From contig MGBH01000001.1 in assembly GCA_001790095.1 (NCBI GenBank), positions 930,001 to 962,000 of the forward strand: a stretch of 32,000 nt of DNA. The letters are read 5' to 3'. Below, in pieces: positions 1-7,900 of the stretch (position 1 is the stretch's first letter; each line of letters begins with the position of its first letter). Source of the stretch: Candidatus Saccharimonadota bacterium (GTDB lineage: Bacteria > Patescibacteriota > Microgenomatia > UBA1406 > GWC2-37-13). Both the position numbers and the translations under genes were made by a program. The notes under the pieces were generated by a model. That model made no database searches, was not told where the DNA came from, and saw only the letters and a program-made list of their open reading frames with translations.

Positions 1-1065
1 ATTGAGCTACCTGCATCAAATGGTTCCATATCAGGAAGTAATGTTGATGGGGCTCCCGATACAACAGCCGCAACAAACACAAATGGTTTTGATTTAAACG
101 GTATGACCAATGCAAATGTAACCTGTCCTAACGGAGCTTTTGCCGCTGGAACACTTACAGCAGGAGCTGGAGGCATAGGAGCTCCACATATCGTAAGTTG
201 TAATTACTCAGGTGCTGTTGGTATACCAGCCGGTGCTAATTTAAGTATCGTAATCGGATCTGGAACAAAACCCCTAGTGAATCCTGCCCCTATAAACACA
301 GGTCACACACAGGGACTTGCAGACGTCTATCCTATGACGATCTATACTAAAGATGCCGCCAATGGTACTGGTAATAATATTGAGTCAATCCAAGTACGAG
401 CAGCGCCTATTGAGGGAGTGTTGGTGACAGCTACTGTTGATGAGACGTTAAGCTTTCAAATATCAGGTGTTGCTGTCGGATCAACCTCATTCTGTGGAGT
501 TGCGCACACGGCCGGTCTTACCACAACCGCAACATCAGTCCCTTGGGGAATTGTTAACTCAAACTACACCGCAGACAAAAATGAAGCAGTGCAGCAATTG
601 ACCGTCACAACTAACGCTCCAACCGGTTATAACGTATATGCAGAGGAAAATGATCAGATGGGAAAAGATGGCGTAACATGTACGGGAGCAGCCCCTTCTG
701 TTGGAGAGTATACGTTTGGATCTAATACGTGTATCAGAGATTATGCCAACGCTGCAACTCATACTTCGGCCACTGATTGGACTGCGGCTCCTGGATCAAA
801 CTATGGTTTCGGATACACTCTAGCCAATCAATCTGGCACTGACGCGAGATTTTTATACAATAATGGCGGTGCTTATATGGCAAAACAGTTTGCCGATCAA
901 GAAAATTCAGAAAGCAAATATGATACTAATGCCGATCTTATGTATAATGTGGGACCAGTCAGCGGATCGTCTGTTTACGTCTGTTATCGTATCCATGTAC
1001 CAGCCACACAGCCTGCCGGATTTTACTTTAACAAGTTGAAATATACCGCTGTTGCAAAGTTCTAG
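1..1065 (+). CDS. Secreted T/G/A/N-rich beta-rich surface protein, 5'-truncated by the window edge
   Basis: Frame 1 is open from nt 1 through the first ATG at 103 (IELPASNGSISGSNVDG...). The 320-aa ORF in the track is therefore probably the C-terminal part of a gene that starts upstream. There are no hydrophobic helices. Beta-strand-like patterns are present (LSFQISGVAV, QQLTVTTNAPTGYNVYA) and the protein ends ...FYFNKLKYTAVAKF. Two further exported proteins follow on the same strand. The product is inferred from composition only. Confidence 0.6.
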   Translation: MELPASNGSISGSNVDGAPDTTAATNTNGFDLNGMTNANVTCPNGAFAAGTLTAGAGGIGAPHIVSCNYSGAVGIPAGANLSIVIGSGTKPLVNPAPINTGHTQGLADVYPMTIYTKDAANGTGNNIESIQVRAAPIEGVLVTATVDETLSFQISGVAVGSTSFCGVAHTAGLTTTATSVPWGIVNSNYTADKNEAVQQLTVTTNAPTGYNVYAEENDQMGKDGVTCTGAAPSVGEYTFGSNTCIRDYANAATHTSATDWTAAPGSNYGFGYTLANQSGTDARFLYNNGGAYMAKQFADQENSESKYDTNADLMYNVGPVSGSSVYVCYRIHVPATQPAGFYFNKLKYTAVAKF

Positions 1066-1090
1066 ATAGTAGTTTAAATAATGATTGGCA

Positions 1091-1118
1091 GTTAGTAGTT
1101 AGTAGTTAGTAGTTAGTA
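1091..1118. repeat. Perfect tandem heptanucleotide repeat (GTTAGTA)x4 in the 57-nt spacer before the next start codon
   Basis: Read directly: gttagta gttagta gttagta gttagta at 1091-1097, 1098-1104, 1105-1111 and 1112-1118. The array ends 4 nt before ATG 1123. Confidence 0.95.
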
Positions 1119-1122
1119 AAAT

Positions 1123-2139
1123 ATGAAAAAAATTAAAAATATATTGATTGCTTTTGCCTTTGCCATTGTATTATCTGTATCATTAATACTTTCTACTAAC
1201 TATTCACACGCTCAAGACATCCTTCCCCTTACAGTTGGCCCAGCAAGACAACAAATCACGGTTAATCCGGGTGAACAAGCTGCTTTTTCTATTAAATTCT
1301 ATAATGAAAGCGATTCTCCACTGACAGGCATCGTAAGAGTGGCTGATTTTGTAGTACAAGATAAGGACGGATCGCCCCGCATAGTAGATGATGTTTCACA
1401 AGGCTCACCGAAGTTTTCCGCATCTGCATGGGTCACGCTTCCATACGACCGCATGTCAATACCATCCAATGACAAAGTGACTGTACAGGCTAGTTTAGCT
1501 GTTCCTCAAGACGCTCGTCCAGGAGGTCGCTATATTGCCGTATATTTTGAACCTTCCATCCCTGTTCCACAAGCAGTGGGCAGTGAAACGGTCGGTCAAG
1601 GCATATCTCCACGCATCGCTTCTCTTCTTTATGTAAGAGTATCAGGACCCATCACTGAAAGCGCAATCATCTCAAATTTGTTTGCCAAATCGTTCTATGA
1701 ATATGGACCAATCCAAATAAATGCAGAGATACTTAATAGAGGTGATTATCATATACGTCCTCGCGGAGTCCTGACGCTTGTTGATCCTATAGGTAGCACC
1801 ACTGAACAAACATCTCTTAAAGAAGAAAATATTTTTCCTGATGCTGCACGAGCTTATGAAAATAAATTGGGAACCAAGTGGATGATGGGAAGATATAAAA
1901 TCACCCTTGCCGCCTCTTACGGCGAAAAAGGACAAGCTATTGAAAGGTCTGTATTTGTTTGGGTATTTCCTTGGAGAGTTGCAACCGTTATACTTCTCTC
2001 AATCATCATTGTGATTCTTCTTATCACGGGTATGTATAAGAGGCTTGTTACGAAAGAATCAAGTCTTGAAGAAGAAATTTCAAAGGAAAGAGAAGAGATT
2101 GAGAAATTAAAAGAAGAACTCAAAAAAAGAAAGGAATAA
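1123..2139 (+). CDS. Cell-surface protein with DUF916/DUF3324 (CscA / WxL-interacting protein)-like layout
   Basis: It has a signal peptide (MKKIKNILIAFAFAIVLSVSLILSTNYSHA/QD) and a beta-rich ectodomain of about 270 aa. A single C-terminal TM helix (VATVILLSIIIVILLITGMY) is followed by a K/E-rich tail (EEEISKEREEIEKLKEELKKRKE). Motifs ITVNPGEQAAFSIKFYNESDSPL and QDARPGGRYIAVYFEP resemble that family as I remember it. No search was done. Confidence 0.75.
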   Translation: MKKIKNILIAFAFAIVLSVSLILSTNYSHAQDILPLTVGPARQQITVNPGEQAAFSIKFYNESDSPLTGIVRVADFVVQDKDGSPRIVDDVSQGSPKFSASAWVTLPYDRMSIPSNDKVTVQASLAVPQDARPGGRYIAVYFEPSIPVPQAVGSETVGQGISPRIASLLYVRVSGPITESAIISNLFAKSFYEYGPIQINAEILNRGDYHIRPRGVLTLVDPIGSTTEQTSLKEENIFPDAARAYENKLGTKWMMGRYKITLAASYGEKGQAIERSVFVWVFPWRVATVILLSIIIVILLITGMYKRLVTKESSLEEEISKEREEIEKLKEELKKRKE

Positions 2140-2157
2140 TTCGCACCCCATACTCCT

Positions 2158-3231
2158 ATGAAGCATTTTTTCTTCTTTATTATCTTTTGTTATATCTTTC
2201 TTTTTATTTCAAGTCACCAGATACATGCATATACAATTGGTCCCGTTGAAGATGTCACCGTGTCTGCCTACATCGGCATTACACCTCCCCCACCTACCAT
2301 TACACCCCTCATTATCCCAACCCCTATACAAAAGCCCGCTGAGGGTAGATTCAGTCTATTTGGATACTCTTCTCCAGGAGCGAAGATCAGCATCAACAAC
2401 CCTGGAATGTATAGTGACACTATAGCTGATAATAAAGGTTATTATGAATTTCGAAATTTTTTTTCTACCTTTCTCATTGAAGATCTATGTCTGACCTCAC
2501 AGGACCAGTTTGGTCGTGTCACTATGCCCCTATGTATCCCTCCTATCCCATCAGAAAAGGACTCCTCTATCGGACCCATCATCATGCCTCCGACTTTATC
2601 GTTGAATAATAACAATTTTTTTTCAGGCGATCAGATCACAGCCTCAGGTCAGACAGTACCAAGTACTAATATCGAACTATCAATGTTCACAGACGAAACA
2701 AAAACATCACTTCGATCTCTTTTCCAAGATAAAGATAAACCTTTTTCAAAGAAACTCTTTCTTGCATATCTTATGTTCAAAAAAAAACTAAATCCTATTC
2801 CCATAAGCTATGCTGCCTCTTTGCCGAAAAAAAATATTGTCGTTGACAATAAGGGTAACTTTTCACTCGTTCTTTCTTCTGATGACCCTCAGTATTATCG
2901 TACATTTGCACAGACCATCTTTGAAAAAGCATTCTCTCAGAAAAGTATCACTCTAAACTATGATATTTTTCCAGGGTGGTTTATACTCATGAAGTTTATA
3001 TTAGGATTTTTGCTCAGTCTTAAATCAAGGTTGCTTGAGATTGTTTTTTTGCTGCAGATATTTATCATCGCTTACTACCTAATCCATCACCATCTCCAAC
3101 CGTATAAAATTGCTCGTAAAAGGGCTCTTGCGCTCATAGATCATCCTCTCCCTATGAAGATTGAAGGACAACTGCTACTTCAAGAAAAGGAGTTAGTTCT
3201 TGAAGAACACGCAATAGAAAAATACAGATAA
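2158..3231 (+). CDS. Exported hypothetical protein with Pro-rich linker, Ig-like stretches and C-terminal membrane helices
   Basis: It has a signal peptide (MKHFFFFIIFCYIFLFISSHQIHA/YT) and a Pro-rich linker (TPPPPTITPLIIPTPIQKP). A beta-sandwich-like stretch follows (FSLFGYSSPGAKISINNPGMYSDTIADNKGYYEF). Two hydrophobic helices lie near the C-terminus (GWFILMKFILGFLLSL, LLEIVFLLQIFIIAYYLI). Confidence 0.65.
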   Translation: MKHFFFFIIFCYIFLFISSHQIHAYTIGPVEDVTVSAYIGITPPPPTITPLIIPTPIQKPAEGRFSLFGYSSPGAKISINNPGMYSDTIADNKGYYEFRNFFSTFLIEDLCLTSQDQFGRVTMPLCIPPIPSEKDSSIGPIIMPPTLSLNNNNFFSGDQITASGQTVPSTNIELSMFTDETKTSLRSLFQDKDKPFSKKLFLAYLMFKKKLNPIPISYAASLPKKNIVVDNKGNFSLVLSSDDPQYYRTFAQTIFEKAFSQKSITLNYDIFPGWFILMKFILGFLLSLKSRLLEIVFLLQIFIIAYYLIHHHLQPYKIARKRALALIDHPLPMKIEGQLLLQEKELVLEEHAIEKYR

Positions 3232-3234
3232 TCT

Positions 3235-3663
3235 TTAGTAAAATACCAGATAAGCTTTCTGAGGGAGGGTAATACTGTCAACTTTGACATCGAGATAAAA
3301 CTCTCCGTTAATCCCCTCGCTCTTGGTTGCGATATCAAAATATGCTTTTCCTAGATTGTCAGTATTGGGTGCTGTTGCAACAATAGTCAAATTCTCATTA
3401 TCAACACTACCCACAAACACTGTTTTTCCCGCAACTCCTAGTCCTTGACCATTTAATATGAATACAGTGACACGGATTTGTTGTTTACCATCTCCTTTTG
3501 CCTTTCTTGGATCACTTATCACATAGGAGTTCTCCGGCGAAAAGGAATTGTTGATGACGCTTGCTCTTCCACTCATATACCGCGCTTCATAAAAAAAGAA
3601 AAGTCCAGAAAAGAACATGAGAACGATAATAAAAATGAGCGAGGCTATTATAAACTTCTGCAT
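3235..3663 (-). CDS. Small membrane-anchored protein with one bacterial Ig-like (Big_1-like) domain
   Basis: An N-terminal anchor (FIIASLIFIIVLMFFSGLFFF) is followed by a beta domain of about 100 aa (QQIRVTVFILNGQGLGVAGKTVFV...GKAYFDIATKSEG...YLDVKV). The gene is convergent with the previous gene, with a 3-nt gap. Confidence 0.6.
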   Translation of the reverse strand: MQKFIIASLIFIIVLMFFSGLFFFYEARYMSGRASVINNSFSPENSYVISDPRKAKGDGKQQIRVTVFILNGQGLGVAGKTVFVGSVDNENLTIVATAPNTDNLGKAYFDIATKSEGINGEFYLDVKVDSITLPQKAYLVFY

Positions 3664-4180
3664 ATATAGATGTTACTCAATATAAAAAATTATTTCAATA
3701 AATAAAAAAAATGGTAATAAAGCTAACAAAACACAAATTTATCATAGATTAAATACGGTCATGGCAATCTAAGCAAAAACGAAATTATTTTAGCAAATAA
3801 TATATTCAATTGCTTAAAATGATAATAATTTGAGCCTAAAATTATTAATTTAGGGCTTTTATATGCTTTAATCCAAAACTAAATTTACACATAGAGCCTT
3901 CATATGCTTTATGTATCGCAACACCAATACAGCCTTAATCACTAAATGAGGCAAAACTACTTGTATAAAATTAAACTCAATTAAATATACATGAAGTATT
4001 TCGGGTAATATCATAATGGTATATTTGTACTATGGGTTATATGATATACTTTGATATGTATGAGTATGTTAATTTTGTCTGCGGTTATTATTTTAAATAC
4101 GATTAAATTATATTACAGGTCTATATGAGTATTTCACGTAAGTATGAAATAACTATATCATAATATATACTAAATAGCTC

Positions 4181-4210
4181 TTGACAAACTTATTATTATT
4201 GTTTTATTCT
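4181..4210 (+). promoter_or_regulatory. Sigma70-type promoter candidate giving a leaderless or near-leaderless mRNA
   Basis: TTGACA lies at 4181-4186, then an 18-nt spacer, then TATTCT at 4205-4210. The ATG at 4217 is 7 nt after the -10 element. No SD motif is present. Confidence 0.35.
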
Positions 4211-4216
4211 TAATGT

Positions 4217-4762
4217 ATGACATCTTTATCTACACACAGGTATAATCTCGATAATCTTGAGGCTTTGTTTCGGGAATTCCTTATAGTTGAAAAAGTTGCA
4301 CCGATAACTTTAAAGAATTATCTTTCCGACCTCAGACACTTTTTCGGATGGTTTGTTTTTTTTCTTCATTCAAAAAAGCACAACATTTTGATTGATCAAA
4401 AAAACGAGAATGATCTTGTAAGCTACATAAATGTTGATATCGTTAACGCATATAAAACATATTTGGAAAGTAATGCTTTACCGGTAAAAACAATAAATAG
4501 AAGACTTTCTACTATCCGCAAATTCTGTACATTGTGCATAAAACAAGGCTGGATGAAGGAAAATCCGGCTAAGAAAGTGATAAATATCGTATCCAGTGTC
4601 CCCTCCTCTGAAAGCTCATCACAGGTTGTAATATCAAAAGATCCAATCAAAGAACTGTTAAACGAGTTTTGTAAGGATCTTACAAGCCAAAACTTAACTT
4701 CACATGAAATCAATCTCGTTCAAAATGATATTGATGAGTTTCTCACCATTATTAATTATTAA
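4217..4762 (+). CDS. Stand-alone phage-integrase N-terminal SAM-like (core-binding) domain protein with no catalytic domain
   Basis: The sequence LEALFREFLIVEKVAPITLKNYLSDLRHFFGWF...IVNAYKTYLESNALPVKTINRRLSTIRKFCTLCIKQGWMKENPAKKV fits the two-part SAM-like core-binding pattern of tyrosine recombinases. The remaining ~60 aa are Ser-rich or helical. No R..HxxR..Y catalytic region is present. Confidence 0.7.
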   Translation: MTSLSTHRYNLDNLEALFREFLIVEKVAPITLKNYLSDLRHFFGWFVFFLHSKKHNILIDQKNENDLVSYINVDIVNAYKTYLESNALPVKTINRRLSTIRKFCTLCIKQGWMKENPAKKVINIVSSVPSSESSSQVVISKDPIKELLNEFCKDLTSQNLTSHEINLVQNDIDEFLTIINY

Positions 4763-4768
4763 TATCTT

Positions 4769-4936
4769 ATGAAAAATGTTTTCATGAGCGCTTTGAATAG
4801 GGCTATAAATGGCCTTAAAGAATGGACTGATCCTGCTGTTGAAGGATCTCCATATGATCCTTTTATAACTTATGCTAAGTACCCTAGCATAAAAAAACAT
4901 CTTTCTTTCCGAAGAAAAATAAGTTGGAGAGTGTAA
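4769..4936 (+). CDS. 55-codon ORF below the track cut-off, in the same frame as 4217..4762
   Basis: Translated by hand: MKNVFMSALNRAINGLKEWTDPAVEGSPYDPFITYAKYPSIKKHLSFRRKISWRV*. It lies in the same frame as the upstream gene, separated by TAA (4760-4762) plus two codons. There is no independent support for expression. Confidence 0.2.
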   Translation: MKNVFMSALNRAINGLKEWTDPAVEGSPYDPFITYAKYPSIKKHLSFRRKISWRV

Positions 4937-4949
4937 GTTTTCCTTTTTC

Positions 4950-7900
4950 ATGATAAAGATAAATACCGACTCTATTTTTCAATTTGTAAAGGCGCTTAAA
5001 AGAAAAAGTGTTCCAAAGAATGAAATTAAGCGCAGGCTTCTTTCTGTGGATAGGTTTATCAAATGGGCTCACCAGAAGAGCTATCTGGCAGATGATACGT
5101 TTAAGCAGATACAAGATGAGATTGCCAAGTTAGCGATTGGAGATCAGAGACTAGAGATTGGTAATCAATTTCCAATCACTAATCGCCAATCGCTAATCTC
5201 TAATTATTCTTTCGGCATCCAGCATTATATTGGTTTTGCTATCATATTTGTCCTCATGGCCATGCTTGGAGCAGGGCTTTATAATCAGTTCTTTAAAAAA
5301 ACACCTACACCGTTTGCATATTCAACTACTCCCCTACAAGGTGCTCGTGTCATTTCATTTCAAGGAAGATTGACTGATAGTTTGGGTAATCCCATCATCG
5401 CCCCCATCGATATCACCTACAATTTTTATACTGCACCATCTGGAGGATCTCCTATCGCCGGCTCTACTCGCGTATGTACGGCCAATCCTGATCAAGATGG
5501 AGTTTTTGCCAATCTCATAGGAGATGACAGCGGTCCTAGCTGTTCAACTCAACTTCCAGCTAACATTTTTACCGAAAATTCTGAAGTATTTCTTGGCGTC
5601 ACGATCGGATCAGAGATAACTGAGATGAGTCCTAGACAACAGATTGCGAACGTAGGATATGCCATGAATGCAGAGACACTTCAAGGCCTGCCTCCTGGCA
5701 CAACCGCATCATCAATTCCATTTATCAGTGCGCAAGGTGACCTGCTTATCGCAGCCTCAACTCCTGGTATACGTTCAACATATACGACAGCAAATTTTGT
5801 TATATCCAGTGCTCAAGCAACTACTATCCAATCAGCAAATGGAGGGGATATTACATTCAACGCAACAGATGGAGGCACACTTCGTTTTAATACTTTTAAT
5901 GGAACTTTAAACGAACGGATGACTATTACTCCCTATGGAAACGTGGGGATAAGCAATACCAATCCACGAGCTTCTCTTGATGTCATAGGAGATGCCTCTC
6001 TTTCAGGCAATCTTGTCTTTAATGGTCTAACCTCTCAGATCAGACAATTAAATGGCGGCAATTTATCTTTTGTTACATCCCCTGGTGGAGATCTTGGAGT
6101 CTCAACCAAAATGACACTCCTTAATAACGGAAATCTTGGTATTGGAACAACTGTTCCTATCTATAAACTTGATGTTGCAGGTGCTGCTTCAATCGCAGGC
6201 AATCTTATGACTGGCGGACAGATGCAGCTCGGAAGATTTGTAGCAGATCCGACAGCAGTTGGATCAGGGTCTATGTACTTTAATACAACAAACAACACTA
6301 TCTACTACTATAACGGAACTGACTGGACACAGGTCGGATCTGGTGGAGGCGGAGGTGACAATGTATGGCAACGGGTACTTGATGGAGTGGTCATACCTAA
6401 AATAGCTGCTGATGCACTTAATCTCGGCAACTCTGCAACAGCCTCAGCTACCGTGCACTTAGCTGGAAAAACAGGAGATAATTCATTTATAAATACGGGT
6501 AATTTTGGCATTGGGACGACAGGACCTGCTATGAAGCTGGATCTTGGAACAGGGTATTCAACAAACAACTCAACATTCAGAACAGGAACATATGAATTAC
6601 AACCATATGCATTAAACAACGCTTTTCTTGCGGAAAATGCTTATTATAACGGTTCTACCTGGACAAGGAGAAATACTGGATATGCCGAAGGATTTCAGTT
6701 TTTTAATGGTCAGACTTTATTCTTCAATAACACCAGTGGAACTGGTAGTTTTTCTGCAACTTATCCGTTCAAGACCGATTCTGGCAACTCCGGATCAGTA
6801 GCTCTCGGAGGAAATATTAATACAGCAACAGGTAATTATAGTGGTTCATCAATGGTTGTTTTAGGTACTGGCAACGTCGGAATTGGCACTACCTCTCCCC
6901 TTGAAAAACTTGATGTCCGTGGTAATGCCACAGTATCTGGATATCTCACGATCGGACAGAGTGGAGCTTTAAGAAGTCAGTATGGTCCTCTTAACTTAGC
7001 ATATAAGTCTGGAGTGAACTCATGGACTACGGGAATGGTGCTTAAGGATGGAAGTGGTAATGTAGGGATTGGAACTACTAATCCAGAAACCAAATTACAT
7101 GTATATACCAGTACCGCAATAGGAACATATCGAGATATTTATGCAAAACAAATTATTGACGATGCAGATGCAAGACTCCAAATTAGATCGGGTGATACGG
7201 GCAACTATGGCTCAGGATTAATTCTCTCAACAGCGGATAAAAGCTGGGCAATGATGGCACAAGCAAGCTCAGATAATAATAATTTTTATATAGGCTATAA
7301 ATCAAGCGCAACCGATGAAGATATAATGGCTGGTTCATCAAAGCACTTTACTATCAATACCTCTGGAAATGTTGGAATCGGGACAACAAATCCCCTTGAA
7401 AAACTTGATGTCCGTGGTAATGCCACAGTATCTGGATATCTCACGATCGGACAGAGTGGAGCTTTAAGAAGTCAGTATGGTCCTCTTAACTTAGCATATA
7501 AGTCTGGAGTGAACTCATGGACTACGGGGATGGTATTGCAGGATAGTACAGGCAATGTTGGAATCGGGACATTAAATCCTACTTCTTTTAAACTTGAGGT
7601 TGCAGGTGACATAGGCCCTGAAGCAGATAATACTCGTGATTTAGGTTCTGCATCACGCTATTGGAATACTATCTACGTAAATAATATCGTGGGAAGTGGA
7701 GCTTTGGGATATTGGCAGATAGATAGTAATGTTCTTCATCCTGCTAATCAATGGGCGTCTGTTGTTGATTTAGCAATTGGTGGAACATCTACTTCATCTG
7801 CTAAATTTCAAGTATACGGAAGTGGTACCAATGCAGGAACAGCATCTTCATCAGGACAACTCACTTTCAACAATAATTCAGGAACGCATTATGTCAACTC

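Noticed and set aside
3664-4216. A tRNA or other structured RNA gene in the long AT-rich spacer, or in 18264..18439 and 31856..32000.
   Set aside because: No cloverleaf-compatible GC-containing stems, T-loop (GTTCRANNC) or acceptor pairing are visible. The sequence is almost pure A/T.
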